Numbered from the stretch's first letter, positions 18,366 through 29,800 are shown. The stretch is 64,000 nucleotides of DNA from Candidatus Omnitrophota bacterium (GCA_028711115.1 JAQTSV010000001.1:454032-518031); one strand, 5' to 3'. The notes: a model not told the origin generated them from the sequence alone. Numbers and translations are program-made.

Positions 18366-18400
18366 AAATGGTTAAGGACATCCTTAACCATTTTTGTTTT
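18366..18400 (+). terminator. Rho-independent terminator
   Basis: AAATGGTTAAGG-ACAT-CCTTAACCATTT followed by TTGTTTT. Confidence 0.75.
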
Positions 18401-18444
18401 AAAGGGCAAAAATTCATAATGATATTTATTCCCGAGGACATTAA

Positions 18445-20451
18445 ATGGCCAGTAAATTAGAAGAATTTATTTCCCTGGTAGATGTGCATGAATTTGGAGA
18501 GAAATATTCCAAGAATATCGATAATGAGCGATATTTTGGTTTTCCTCTAGATTCTATTATAGAGGCAGAGAGGAAATTGCGCAGCGCAGAAAATAAATCC
18601 ATAGCCTATATTTCCATGGAATATGGTTTGGCCACTAGTTTCTATAATACTTTTAAAAGCAGCGATGGCGTGGGAGAGAAAAACAGGGTCATCAATCACC
18701 AGATATTCTCCAATATGAGGATAGAGGATTATTTATTCGATTTTCAGATAGATAAGATTTTGGATCTGCCGATATATAGCGGAGGGTTAGGGGTTCTTGC
18801 AGGAGATACATTAAAGTCCGCTGCGGATTTGGGGATTCCTTTGGTGGCCATCGGTATTTTATGGGAAAAAGGATATTTTAAACAGAATTTTTGGTTTAAA
18901 TACGGACAGGTGCCCGAGGAGATGAATTGGGATCCGCACAATTATCCCGGCTTAATTCCTTTGAAGAATATCATAAAGATTAAATTCAAGAAAGATACTG
19001 TGCATCTTAGGCTTTGGAAATATTATGTATTTAGCCATGACAAAAAGAATGTTATACCTTTGATACTATTGGATTCTAATATCGAAGAAAATTCCGAGGA
19101 GATAAAAAGGCTTACCGACCAGCTCTATAAGAGCAGCGATAACTGGACAAAGATTATGCAGCGTTCTATCTTGGGCATAGGCGCAATAAAAACTTTGGAT
19201 GAACTTGGTTACAAGGTAGATAGGTATCATTTGAATGAAGGCCATGCTGCTATGGCGTTCGTAGAGAAGGCAAAAGAGCTCGACGGAAAACAGCTCTCTA
19301 ATTTAAGAAAAAAATTTATTTATACATGTCATACGCCAGTTTCGGCTGGGCATGATAGATTTACCACGAAAGATTTCGAGAAAATCCTGCCAACCCCGGA
19401 ATTCTCTTTTCTTGATAAATTCGGCAGAGAGGATGGTAATGGATTAATCAATTTAACTTTGTTGTTATTGAGTAATTGTGAAAAAATAAATTCAGTATCA
19501 AAAAAACACCGCTATGTTACGCACAGCCAGTTTCCCCAATTTAAAGATAAAATAACTTCTATAACCAATGGGGTTCATATTCATACTTGGTTATCCGATA
19601 ATATCCTTGAACTTTTTGATAAATATAATAATACCTTAGGCGATTACAGAAAAGACCCTTTAGTTTTAAAGAACATCCTTGCATTAAAAAATGATGAAAA
19701 ATTCAGAAAGGATTTATGGATAGCGCATCAGAAAAATAAGAAAAGATTGGCGGATATTTTTAGCCACTGGCACATAAAGGAAAATATTTTTACTGTTTGC
19801 TGGGCGAAGAGGATGGCTCAATACAAAAGGCCAAGCCTGATTCTTCATGATCCCCAAAGGTTGCTTTCTATAGCTAAAAATGCAGGCCAATTACAAATTA
19901 TTATCGCGGGCAAAGCGCACCCGGCGGATAGTTTAGCCGGTACATATATTGACGATATGATGAATACCATTGATGAATTAAGCAGCGAATTCAAGAATCT
20001 AAGGATTATAATGCTGGAGAATTATGATATCTTTTTTGGAAAGTTGCTCACAAGCTGCGTCGATGTTTGGCTCAATAATCCTCTGCCGCCTTTTGAGGCG
20101 TCAGGCACGAGCGGAATGAAGGCGATATTAAATGGCGTGGTACAGCTTACTACGCTCGACGGCTGGGTGGTTGAGGCCAATAATAAGCAAATGGGAGAGA
20201 TATTCGGCTATCACCACAACCAGGGCGATCCTATCGGCAGCGAATCAGATTTAAGGTTAAAAGAAGACTCGGAGAAATTATATGATTCTTTAGAGAGATT
20301 GGTTTCTTTGTATTACCAGACTTATAACGACGGCAACATAAATTTTAATTCCCAATGGATAGATTTGATGATAAATTGCATCGCCGAAAGCCACTATTTT
20401 AATTCTCACAGAATGGTAAAAGAATATCAGGAAAAAATGTGGCAGGCGTAA
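18445..20451 (+). CDS. glgP: alpha-glucan phosphorylase (GT35)
   Basis: GGLGVLAGDTLKSAADLGIPLVAIGILWEKGYF and the PLP-lysine motif EASGTSGMK. Confidence 0.85.
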   Translation: MASKLEEFISLVDVHEFGEKYSKNIDNERYFGFPLDSIIEAERKLRSAENKSIAYISMEYGLATSFYNTFKSSDGVGEKNRVINHQIFSNMRIEDYLFDFQIDKILDLPIYSGGLGVLAGDTLKSAADLGIPLVAIGILWEKGYFKQNFWFKYGQVPEEMNWDPHNYPGLIPLKNIIKIKFKKDTVHLRLWKYYVFSHDKKNVIPLILLDSNIEENSEEIKRLTDQLYKSSDNWTKIMQRSILGIGAIKTLDELGYKVDRYHLNEGHAAMAFVEKAKELDGKQLSNLRKKFIYTCHTPVSAGHDRFTTKDFEKILPTPEFSFLDKFGREDGNGLINLTLLLLSNCEKINSVSKKHRYVTHSQFPQFKDKITSITNGVHIHTWLSDNILELFDKYNNTLGDYRKDPLVLKNILALKNDEKFRKDLWIAHQKNKKRLADIFSHWHIKENIFTVCWAKRMAQYKRPSLILHDPQRLLSIAKNAGQLQIIIAGKAHPADSLAGTYIDDMMNTIDELSSEFKNLRIIMLENYDIFFGKLLTSCVDVWLNNPLPPFEASGTSGMKAILNGVVQLTTLDGWVVEANNKQMGEIFGYHHNQGDPIGSESDLRLKEDSEKLYDSLERLVSLYYQTYNDGNINFNSQWIDLMINCIAESHYFNSHRMVKEYQEKMWQA

Positions 20452-20494
20452 AAGATGGAAACACGGTTGAGCTTTGTGGTAAAATAAGGACGTT

Positions 20495-21526
20495 ATGAAA
20501 GTGGCAATGTATTATAGCAATAGTGATATACGCATTGAGGAAAAGCCTGTTCCTAAAATCGGCCCGGGCGAATTATTGATTCGCGTAGAGGCAAGCGGTA
20601 TTTGCGGCAGCGATGTAATGGAATGGTATCGTGCCGATAAAGTTCCTTTGGTTTTGGGCCATGAAATAGGAGGCGTAGTCACAGAGGTGGGGCAGGGAGT
20701 CAAAAAATACAAAGTAGGCGACAGGGTTTCTGCGTCGCACCATGTCCCTTGCAACGAATGTCATTATTGTTTGGGCGGCCATCCTACGGTGTGCGAAACT
20801 CTGCGTCGCACATTTTTTGATCCCGGAGGATTTTGTGAATATCTGAGACTGCCGAAGATTAATGCAGAAAAGGGGGTATATCTTTTGCCCGACGAAGTCT
20901 CCTTTGAGGAAGCGACCTTTATCGAACCTGTGGCCTGTGTTTTGCGCGGGCAGAGATTATCAAATATGAAAGAGGGCAAAAGCGTACTTGTAGTAGGAAG
21001 CGGAATCGCTGGTTTGCTTCATATTCAGATGGCAAAAATAAATAAGGCTGGTTTAGTTGTGGCTACGGATATAAATGATTACCGTCTCAAAGTAGCAAAA
21101 AAAGTCGGCGCAGATAATGTAATTAATGGTATGAATGAAGATGTCTCCGCCAGATTTAAGGAATTAAATAAAGGCCGGTTAGCTGATTTGGTGATATTGT
21201 GCACAGGCGCGCCACAGGCGATTGAGCAGGCCCTGAATTCGGTAGACAGGGGCGGCACGGTTTTATTTTTTGCACCAACCAATCAGGGCATAACAGTCCC
21301 CATCTCGGTAAATAAAATTTTCTGGCGCACAGAAATAACCCTTACTTCTTCATACGCCGGCAGCCCCGAAGACCATCTGGATGCACTGGAACTAATCCGC
21401 CGTCGTAAGATTAATATTAAAGATATGATTACTCATCGGTTAAAATTATCGCAGATACAGGTAGGATTCAAATTAGCGGTTGAGGCAAAAGATTCCTTAA
21501 AGGTGATAATAGAGCCACAGAAATAG
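20495..21526 (+). CDS. zinc-dependent medium-chain dehydrogenase (sorbitol/threonine dehydrogenase-like)
   Basis: GICGSDV, GHEIGGVVTEVG, structural-zinc Cys cluster CNECHYCLGGHPTVC, and Rossmann VVGSGIAG. Confidence 0.8.
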   Translation: MKVAMYYSNSDIRIEEKPVPKIGPGELLIRVEASGICGSDVMEWYRADKVPLVLGHEIGGVVTEVGQGVKKYKVGDRVSASHHVPCNECHYCLGGHPTVCETLRRTFFDPGGFCEYLRLPKINAEKGVYLLPDEVSFEEATFIEPVACVLRGQRLSNMKEGKSVLVVGSGIAGLLHIQMAKINKAGLVVATDINDYRLKVAKKVGADNVINGMNEDVSARFKELNKGRLADLVILCTGAPQAIEQALNSVDRGGTVLFFAPTNQGITVPISVNKIFWRTEITLTSSYAGSPEDHLDALELIRRRKINIKDMITHRLKLSQIQVGFKLAVEAKDSLKVIIEPQK

Positions 21527-21565
21527 CAGATATTTAAAAACAGATAAATAATCAGGGAGGAAAAT

Positions 21566-22357
21566 ATGGATTGGGGAATGAAGAATAGAATTTCTAAATT
21601 AATTAGGCCTGACACGGGCAGGGCGGTTTGGCTGGCAGTAGACCACGGTTATTTTTTAGGCCCGGTAAGTAAATTGGAACAGCCGAAGAAGACCATTGAA
21701 CCGCTCCTGCCTTATTCTGACGCGCTTATGTTGACGCGCGGTGTGCTGCGCAATTGTATTGATGCCAATATCGACACACCCGTCATTCTTAGAGTTTCAG
21801 GCGGCAACAGCATTGTAGGAAAGGATCTTTCCAATGAAGGAATCACCGCGTGCATGGAAGAGGCGATCCGTCTTAATGTTTGCGCAGTGGCACTTTCAGT
21901 TTATATAGGCACTGCGCACGAACATCAGACGCTCATAAATCTATCCAGGCTTATTGATGAAGGACAGAGGTACGGAATTCCCGTGCTTGCCGTTACTGCC
22001 GTGGGCAAAGAATTGGAAAAACGCGATGCGCGTTATCTTTCTTTATGCTGCCGTATTTGTGCGGAATTAGGCGCGCAATTGGTAAAGACATACTACTGCG
22101 ATAACTTTGAGAAGGTGACAAAATCTTGCCCTATTCCTGTAGTGATTGCCGGAGGGCCGAAATTAGATACGGATATGGATGCCTTTAAGCTTGCCTATGA
22201 TGCTATCCAGGAAGGGGCGGTGGGCGTAGACATGGGGCGCAATATCTGGCAGTCTGAATTTCCCGTGGCAAAGATTAAAGCCATACGCGCGATAGTCCAT
22301 GAGAATGCCTCGGTGAAGAAAGCCAGCGATTTATTCAGCAGCTTAAAAAAGAAATAA
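21566..22357 (+). CDS. class I aldolase, DhnA/LsrF (DeoC-like) family
   Basis: LAVDHGYFLGP N-terminal motif, VKTYY Schiff-base lysine region, and GRNIWQ near the C-terminus. Confidence 0.7.
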   Translation: MDWGMKNRISKLIRPDTGRAVWLAVDHGYFLGPVSKLEQPKKTIEPLLPYSDALMLTRGVLRNCIDANIDTPVILRVSGGNSIVGKDLSNEGITACMEEAIRLNVCAVALSVYIGTAHEHQTLINLSRLIDEGQRYGIPVLAVTAVGKELEKRDARYLSLCCRICAELGAQLVKTYYCDNFEKVTKSCPIPVVIAGGPKLDTDMDAFKLAYDAIQEGAVGVDMGRNIWQSEFPVAKIKAIRAIVHENASVKKASDLFSSLKKK

Positions 22358-22389
22358 GAATTATCCCTATACCGTCGATTAATAATAGT

Positions 22390-22418
22390 TTGACAGAGAA
22401 GATTTTTGTTGATATTAT
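22390..22418 (+). promoter_or_regulatory. sigma70-like promoter of the PilZ gene
   Basis: TTGACA (22390-22395), 17-nt spacer, TATTAT (22413-22418). Confidence 0.6.
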
Positions 22419-22455
22419 TAGACTAGGAAGAGAAATTTATTAAAAGAGGCCGGAC

Positions 22456-22815
22456 ATGGAGGAGAAAAGAAAATATCCTCGCTACGGTTGCTGTCCCGGA
22501 AGAAATTTTGTAGCAAGACACGAAAATAAAAAAAGTATTCTGGGGGAAATCAAGGATTTCAGCCGCGGGGGCATATGTTTTGATTCAAAAAATCGCCTAA
22601 ACACTGACGACCAGCTGGGGTTGGATTTAGAGATTGACGGATTGGACCAAAAGATGCCTGCAGGCATTCAGATCCGCTGGTGCAAAAAGAATAAAGGCCG
22701 CTATACATACGGAGCAAGATTAGTAAATATGAATCCGGGCAGTAAATTTGATATTATGGATTTATTGTATCAGGACTGGAGAAAGAATCTAAACTCGAGT
22801 TCGTTATTAAGCTAA
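22456..22815 (+). CDS. stand-alone PilZ-domain c-di-GMP receptor
   Basis: RKYPR (RxxxR) followed by DFSRGG (D/NxSxxG); 119 aa. Confidence 0.75.
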   Translation: MEEKRKYPRYGCCPGRNFVARHENKKSILGEIKDFSRGGICFDSKNRLNTDDQLGLDLEIDGLDQKMPAGIQIRWCKKNKGRYTYGARLVNMNPGSKFDIMDLLYQDWRKNLNSSSLLS

Positions 22816-22857
22816 AATTTATCCATCGGGTTAAAGCAGATTTACCATTATTTTTAA

Positions 22858-22887
22858 AATCTATCTTATAAAAAGATAGATTTTTTT
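22858..22887 (+). terminator. Rho-independent terminator
   Basis: AATCTATCTT-ATAAA-AAGATAGATT followed by a T7 run. Confidence 0.7.
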
Positions 22888-22930
22888 ATTTAATATGATA
22901 AAATACTTTCAAATAAGATGAAAGGGATGT

Positions 22931-23695
22931 ATGAAATTATTGTTTAAATATTCTTTTATTTTTGTCTGTGTGTTATTTCTTTCTTCTTGTGCGAGCGCCC
23001 CTCTGAAGCCACCACTTGGGGCAATTGGTCAAGCTATTCCTCCCTTAGATATGTCTATGCCGCGGCAAGACGTTATTCATATTGTAGGCCCTGGCGAGAC
23101 GCTTTGGCGTATAAGCAAAATGTACGACGTGAATATAGATGAGGTAATAAAGGCTAACCGTCTGGAGTCTGCCACGAAGATTACTATGGGTCAGGAACTT
23201 CTGATACCCAATGCAGCTCCTATAAGGCCTGTGATTCCTTTATACGAGACCGATAAATGGAAGTATATTATTATACACCATAGCGCTACAGACCAGGGCA
23301 ATGCCTTTTCTTTATATCAATTACATTTGCGCAGAGGTTTTTGGAACGGGCTGGGTTATCAGTTTATAATTGATAACGGCACATTCGGTAAAGGGGACGG
23401 CCAGATTGAGATTTCTCCCCGATGGATTAAACAGCAAGACGGTGCTCATTGCAGGGCTGCAGGCATGAATGAACAGGGAATAGGAATCTGCCTTGTGGGC
23501 AATTTCAGCAAAGAACAAGTCTCTGAGAAACAAATGGAGTCGTTAGTATATCTGGTGGATATGCTGAGAAAACACTACAATATCCCCAAGGACCGTATAA
23601 TGGGGCACGGCCAAGTTCCCGGCGCTGCTACAGAATGCCCGGGTTTAAGATTTCCCTGGGAAGAATTCTGGTCTAGATTAAATTCGAAAGAATAA
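22931..23695 (+). CDS. lipoprotein with LysM domain and N-acetylmuramoyl-L-alanine amidase (Amidase_2/PGRP) domain
   Basis: Lipobox LFLSSCAS. LysM pattern HIVGPGETLWRISKMY...LLIP. Amidase_2 pattern IIIHHSAT...GYQFII...HGQV...TECPG. Confidence 0.8.
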   Translation: MKLLFKYSFIFVCVLFLSSCASAPLKPPLGAIGQAIPPLDMSMPRQDVIHIVGPGETLWRISKMYDVNIDEVIKANRLESATKITMGQELLIPNAAPIRPVIPLYETDKWKYIIIHHSATDQGNAFSLYQLHLRRGFWNGLGYQFIIDNGTFGKGDGQIEISPRWIKQQDGAHCRAAGMNEQGIGICLVGNFSKEQVSEKQMESLVYLVDMLRKHYNIPKDRIMGHGQVPGAATECPGLRFPWEEFWSRLNSKE

Positions 23696-23749
23696 GTACT
23701 GAAATTTATAATTGATACCATAGATTTGTTTTTATAATCCTGAGTATTT

Positions 23750-23782
23750 CCCGAAGACAAGTGCTTGGGATTTTTTTGTTTT
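23750..23782 (+). terminator. probable Rho-independent terminator
   Basis: CCC(G)AAG / CTTGGG stem (one bulge) followed by ATTTTTTTGTTTT. Confidence 0.5.
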
Positions 23783-23799
23783 AGGTATATCATTCTATT

Positions 23800-24507
23800 A
23801 TGAGATTACAAGTTTTCTTATCACATTCGGGAGTTTGTTCGCGCCGGAAGGCGTTAGAATTAGTAATGTCCGGCAAGGTCAGGGTAAATAATGAAATTAT
23901 TACAGAGCCGTCCTGCCAGATAGATCCCGCCGCGGATATTGTTTGCTTAAATGGTAAAAAAATATTCTTAAAAGAAAAAATTCATATATTATTAAATAAG
24001 CCCAAAGGGGTAACCACGACGAAAAAAGACCCTTTTGCCGAGATAACAGTTATAGATTTATTACCGGCTCAGTATAAACATTTATTTCCCGTTGGCAGGT
24101 TAGACAAAGATTCCACGGGATTGTTGATTTTGACTAATGACGGTGATTTATCTTACAAATTGACACACCCGGCCTTTGGTATAGATAAAGTTTATGTCGC
24201 AGAGCTGGATAAAGCATTATCAGAAGACCATAGAAATAAATTGCAGAAAGGCGTTATGCTGGATAGTGAGTTAACCTCTCTTTGTAAAATTACAAAAATT
24301 AATGAGCGGAAAATAAAAATCATAATTCACGAAGGCCGCAAGCGCCAGATTAAGAGAATGCTCGCTTTGTTTAAATACAGAGTTTTGGATTTGGAAAGAA
24401 TAACTCTGGGAAATCTTAATCTGGGTGATTTACCCAGAGGCCAATGGCGGAAAATATCAGATAATGAGTTATTGCAGCTTAGAAAACTTATAAAAGAAAA
24501 CAAATGA
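23800..24507 (+). CDS. rluB: S4-domain pseudouridine synthase, RsuA/RluB family
   Basis: N-terminal S4 region (RLQVFLSHSGVCSRR) and the catalytic motif GRLDKDSTGLLILTNDG. Confidence 0.75.
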   Translation: MRLQVFLSHSGVCSRRKALELVMSGKVRVNNEIITEPSCQIDPAADIVCLNGKKIFLKEKIHILLNKPKGVTTTKKDPFAEITVIDLLPAQYKHLFPVGRLDKDSTGLLILTNDGDLSYKLTHPAFGIDKVYVAELDKALSEDHRNKLQKGVMLDSELTSLCKITKINERKIKIIIHEGRKRQIKRMLALFKYRVLDLERITLGNLNLGDLPRGQWRKISDNELLQLRKLIKENK

Positions 24508-25784
24508 ATGTGAATCTGCCCAATCTGGTATTGTCTGATAAGAGGGGAAGGATATTTGTCCATCCTGGCCTGAAAATGCTGGGCTTTTCTAATAATAAAG
24601 CCCAGTTACCTTTAAGGCAGGAATTGATTGCGATGCCTTGTGGCAGTACTCTGTTTTATATGCCAGGCCACCTAGCCATGGGTTATGAAAGAGAAACTGA
24701 CTGCGAGGTTTTTGTCAGTGAATATAAAGGAGAGCGGGTTTTTCCTGTTTCAGCATTTCTTATTCCCGGTTACACGAGGTTATTTCTGCCCGCCGCAAAA
24801 AAAATAGATAAGAAAATAACTTTGCCGCTCTGGTCTTATACGGCTATAGGATGGCAAAAAGGAAAATATTGGGTTACAGCGATAAAAATAGACCCTTTGT
24901 CCCGCCAGAGGCCTCACTATTATAATAATATTAAGTTGTTAAATAAGAATGTAAAATTATTCTTGAGGCGTTATCCAAGTAACAGGTTATTTAAACATCT
25001 TGCAAACTGTGCCTTGAATTACAATTGCCGTGCAGCCCAGAATTTATTCTTCAGGCGCTGGGAGGCGCCGTTGCCGACTTCGCCTTCCTGCAATGCGAAT
25101 TGCCTCGGCTGTTTGTCGCTGCAGGATTCCGATTGCGTGGCTGCTTCACACCAGCGTATTAAATTTATTCCCACTCCGGCAGAAATAGCCGAGGTGGCTG
25201 TGAGCCACTTAGAGAGCGCAAAGGAAGCAATTGTCAGTTTTGGTCAGGGCTGTGAAGGAGAACCTTTGTTGCAATTTGAGACTTTAAGGCAGGCCATTAT
25301 CAAAATTAGGCAGTTAACATCTCGCGGAACAATTCATCTGAATACAAATGCCTATAATCCGCAATATTTAAAAGAGCTGGCAGATGTCGGATTAAATAGT
25401 GTACGCATAAGCATAAATAGTTTTCAGGAGAATTTATATGATATTTATTATAGGCAAAAAGGATATAAGTTTAGCGACGTATTAAGTTCTATAAAAAGAG
25501 CCAAGAAATTCGGATTGTTTGTTTCTTTGAATCTTTTGGTTTTCCCGGGGTTGACCGATACGCCAAAAGAGATACATAAATTGACTGAAGTGTTAAAGAG
25601 GGGGTGCGTCGATATTCTACAGCTGCGTAATCTCTGCATCGATTCAGAGTTGTATCTGGCCAAAATTCCTAAAATAAAAGAAAAGCCTTTAGGTATACTG
25701 AAAATGATCGGTATGATAAAAAAATCCATGCCTAGAATTCGTTTTGGTTATTTTAATCTGCCCAAAGAAAGATTTGAATCTTAA
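24504..25784 (+). CDS. radical SAM enzyme with about 190-aa N-terminal domain of unknown function
   Basis: SCNANCLGC (CX3CX2C) followed by SFGQGCEGEPLL (SAM-binding GGE-like) and TIM-barrel-like repeats. ATGA overlap with rluB. Confidence 0.65.
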   Translation: MNVNLPNLVLSDKRGRIFVHPGLKMLGFSNNKAQLPLRQELIAMPCGSTLFYMPGHLAMGYERETDCEVFVSEYKGERVFPVSAFLIPGYTRLFLPAAKKIDKKITLPLWSYTAIGWQKGKYWVTAIKIDPLSRQRPHYYNNIKLLNKNVKLFLRRYPSNRLFKHLANCALNYNCRAAQNLFFRRWEAPLPTSPSCNANCLGCLSLQDSDCVAASHQRIKFIPTPAEIAEVAVSHLESAKEAIVSFGQGCEGEPLLQFETLRQAIIKIRQLTSRGTIHLNTNAYNPQYLKELADVGLNSVRISINSFQENLYDIYYRQKGYKFSDVLSSIKRAKKFGLFVSLNLLVFPGLTDTPKEIHKLTEVLKRGCVDILQLRNLCIDSELYLAKIPKIKEKPLGILKMIGMIKKSMPRIRFGYFNLPKERFES

Positions 25785-25897
25785 GTTTTATTTATAAAAA
25801 GGCGCTGTTTTTCGGAGAATTAAGATAATATTTGAAATGGATATTTATTGTAGTATAATAAAAATACTTATCCTAACTTCAATTTTTAAAACCACAT

Positions 25898-26200
25898 ATG
25901 TTTATTTTATCTAATCTAATATCTGCATTGGCAGAGGTTATCGACATCGTTTTGTCTGCTTTTTATTGGTTAGTTCTTATCCGTGCCTTGATAAGTTGGG
26001 TTAACGCCGATCCTTTAAACCCTATAGTTCAATTTTTATATAAAACTACCGAGCCAATTTTAGCGCCTGTAAGAAGAAGGCTGCCTGTAGATTTTCGTTT
26101 CGGAATCGATATTTCTCCCATAATTGTTTTTTTGATTATTATATTTTTGAAGTCATTTTTGGTAGGGACATTAATGGGATTTGCTTTACGATTAAGATAA
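25898..26200 (+). CDS. yggT: YggT family membrane protein
   Basis: 100 aa. The LIRALISWV....NPIVQFLYKTTEPILAPVRR motif is typical of YggT. Confidence 0.8.
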   Translation: MFILSNLISALAEVIDIVLSAFYWLVLIRALISWVNADPLNPIVQFLYKTTEPILAPVRRRLPVDFRFGIDISPIIVFLIIIFLKSFLVGTLMGFALRLR

Positions 26201-26210
26201 CGAGGGAATT

Positions 26211-26894
26211 ATGCTTTTAGCCTGGATTATTCTTATTTTGCTTGTTATTTTCGCAGTTGTCTTTAAGAATAAAATAAAATTAAATTTGATTCGGTATGCA
26301 ATCGTTTTTTTCATTATAGCTTATGTAAGTTTTTCAATTTATAAGTTCCTGTCGAGAATTCTTGTGATTGATGATTTTGAAGGCAAAATATCAGCCCAGA
26401 CCGTTGATTACGGCGCAGGCGCAGGTTCTCAGATAGAAGTAAGTGGCTCCAAAGACATAAAGTACCATGGCAATCAGGCATTAAAATTGAAATATAAGTC
26501 AGTGGCTGGCGGCTATATGTGGGTAGCCAGGGGTTATGGACTGGATGTAAAAGGAGCGGCTAGCTGGCGAGAGAAACCTGCAGGAATAAAATGGTCTAAA
26601 TATAGCTCACTGGGTTTTTATATGTATGGGCAGAACTCAGGGGCGATAATAGCAGTGGATATTATAGATTCAGATTTTGAGTATTTCAGGTTTATTGTAA
26701 AGGATGACTTTACAGGATGGAAAGAGATTGTTTGTCCTTTTGATAAATTTCTTGCCAGGGGTGATTGGCAGCCAGTCAAGGCCAAGACAAATGCAGTGAT
26801 AGATTTTCCCGTGAGGGCTTTTCAATTTGAACCACGGCCTATTGCAGAAGGCGTAGTTTATTTTGATTACGTGCATTTAATAAGAAAGGATTAA
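26211..26894 (+). CDS. membrane-anchored protein with CBM11/CIA30-like beta-sandwich domain (tentative)
   Basis: Two N-terminal TM segments, then DDFEG...GSQIEV...GNQALKLKY...GGYMWV...WSKYSSLGFYMYG...FTGWKEIVCPFDKF...VYFDYVHL. This matches the pattern of carbohydrate-binding-like modules. Confidence 0.35.
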   Translation: MLLAWIILILLVIFAVVFKNKIKLNLIRYAIVFFIIAYVSFSIYKFLSRILVIDDFEGKISAQTVDYGAGAGSQIEVSGSKDIKYHGNQALKLKYKSVAGGYMWVARGYGLDVKGAASWREKPAGIKWSKYSSLGFYMYGQNSGAIIAVDIIDSDFEYFRFIVKDDFTGWKEIVCPFDKFLARGDWQPVKAKTNAVIDFPVRAFQFEPRPIAEGVVYFDYVHLIRKD

Positions 26895-26898
26895 ACTG

Positions 26899-29800
26899 TT
26901 GGTTAACAGATTTAACATTATGCGCCGTATATTTAGCCTAAGCAAAGTTATCAATTTCTTATATGTCCTTCTCATTATAATTTCCTTTCTTCTTGTTCCC
27001 TACCATAATATCCGCACCGGTTTTACTAATTGGGGTTTTGTGGGAGCCGGAGGGGCAAAAGGCCCTGTCAATGCTGGCGCATTGGCGGTGCAGAGGGCTT
27101 TGACGCTATTATTGATAACTTTCTATATTTACTATTTGCGATTAAAAAGGAAGATAAGAGATGAAAACTATGAGATTGATTTAGCAATCAAGGAATCTGA
27201 AGACAGGCGTCATCGAGTCGAGAGGGAATATTTCAGGTTAAAGAAACAGATGCAGAATATATTTGATGCGATGGATGATTTTGTATTTATATGTTCCAAA
27301 GATTTTAAGATAGAATTTATGAACAAGTCCTTGAAAAAAGTTTTCGGCGAGGGCGTGGGTAAGAAATGCTATGAAATTTTATACGGCAGGCAGGATGCCT
27401 GTCCCTGGTGTTTTGGCAAGCGGGTTTATGAAGGAGAGTTTGTTACTTTAGAGCATAAGCACGAAATTAATAAAAGAATATACAGAATATACAGTAGTCC
27501 CTTGATTAATCCCGACGGCAGCATTTCAAAAATTTCAGTTATGCATGATATTACCAAAGAAAAAGAAATGCAGGTCAAAATAGAGTCATCAGAACAATAT
27601 TTCCGCAATCTTTTTGAAAATCTGCCAGTGGCTTGTTTTGGTTATGATATAGAAGGAAGAATCATTACATGGAATAAGGCAGCCAGCAATGTATACGGAT
27701 TTAAGAAGGAGGATGTTTTAAATCACTCGATATTCGATACGTTAGCTCAAGAGAAAGACCGTGAACGGACTATGCATTTTATAAAGGAGATATTTAAGGG
27801 CAGATCTTTCGACGGGCTGGAATGGGAAGATAAAACCGCCGACGGGACCAAACGTTATGTCTACACCAGCACTTATCCTTTGTATGATTTGGATGGAAAT
27901 GTTTTAATGGGCATAAGCGTCAATATAGATATCACACCGCAAAAGACAATAGAACATGAACTGAAATCTTCCAAAGAGCATTTAGAAAAAATTATGGAGA
28001 CGCCTCAAAGTTTGATTGTTGAGCTAAGCCCAGATATGAAAATTAAAATGTTCAACACGGGATGTGAATTATCAACTGGTTATAATAGGTCAGAAGTAAT
28101 AGGTAAGGATTGGTTAGAATTATTTATCCCGGACAGATTAAAGGATGAAACCAGATTTGTCTTCGAGGAGGTAAAAAATGATAGAAATATACTCCCGGGT
28201 CATCACGAAAATCCTATTTTAACTAAATCCGGCGAAGAAAAAATTATTTTTTGGTCGAATACCAATTTAAAAGACGAAGACGGCAAAGTAATTAGCGTTA
28301 TTTCCATGGGTATAGATATTACAGAACGTAAAATTGCCCAACAAAAGATTGTTGAGGCAGAAGAAAAATACAGGGCTTTCCTGGAGAATGTTCCCGTCCA
28401 TGTGGGCGTAATAGACGAGTCCGGTAAATTTGTTATTTGGAATAAGTATTCAGAACAGATGCTGGGTTACACTAAAGAAGAAGCTCTGGGAAAGATGTCC
28501 CCCGGGGATATACATGAGACAAAAGAAGAAGCCAGGGAGGTTATAGAGATAGCAAGCCAAAAAGGTATCTTCGATAAAGAGCTGAACTTAATCCATAAAG
28601 ACGGCAGAAAGATTCCTGTGAGTTTAATTGTTGTGCCCAGGGTAGTTAATAATAAAATTGTAGGTTTTCTGGGTTTTGGCAGGGATGTCAGCGAACGTAA
28701 AAACACCGAGAAAGAATTGTTGGCTGCTAAAGAGAAGTTAGAAAGCATCGCTTTAAAAGATCCGCAGACAGAGCTTTATAATAATCGCTATGTCGTGGAA
28801 AGATTGGCTTCTGAATTCGAGAGGGCTAAGCGTTCTTTTTCGCCGTTGTCTTTATTATTGATAGATTTGGATTATTTTAAATCAATTAACGATACATACG
28901 GTCATGAATTTGGCGATAAGGCTTTGGTTCAGGTGGCAAAGTTGTTAAAGTCGGAACTGCGTGCCAATGATATTGTAGCGCGTTGGGGTGGCGAGGAATT
29001 TATGGTAATCCTGCCGGAGGTTGATCGACAGAATGCAATTTTGGTTTCCAGAAAGATTCTCCGCGTATTTGAATACAAAGGGTTTGGCGATGAAAAGAAT
29101 ATCGTAAATTTAAAGTGCAGTGTTGGTATAGTCAGCTATCCAGAAGATCCGTTGTTCAGCCCTAAAGAGATGCTTGAAGCAGTGGAAAAGTCTGTTTTTA
29201 AAGTAAAGACGGCAGGTGGTAACGGCATGGGTTCTTATATGGAAGGATTCATAAAGAAAGATGATGACAAAGCAGCACTTTCCGAGAAGGACCGCCTTCT
29301 GGATTCTTTAAAAGAGAAGATGTCCCTTTTTGCCATCAGAGGGGAAGAGAGTATTCTGGAGGCGATATATTCTTTATCAAAAAGCCTGGAGTTAAAGGAT
29401 CATACTACGCGCACTCATTCCGAAAAGACGGTACACTATGCTGTAAAATTAGCCCAGAGATTTGACTTGGGAGAGCGGGAAATCGAGAATGTCAGGCGCG
29501 CAGCTATTTTGCACGATATAGGTAAATTAGGCATTCCCGATAAGATTCTTCTTAAGAAGGGGCCGTTAACTAAAAATGAGTTCGAGATTGTAAAACAGCA
29601 TCCCAAGATTGCTGCAGAGATTATGTCAGTAGCAGAGTTTCTGAAGGATAGCGTACCTTATGTAGAACATCATCATGAAAGATACGACGGTAAAGGCTAT
29701 CCCGACGGATTAAAAGGGGAAGAGATTCCTTTTGGCGCACGCATTGTTTCTATAGTAGATGTTTATGAAGCATTGACTGCGGATAGGCCATATCGCAGGG

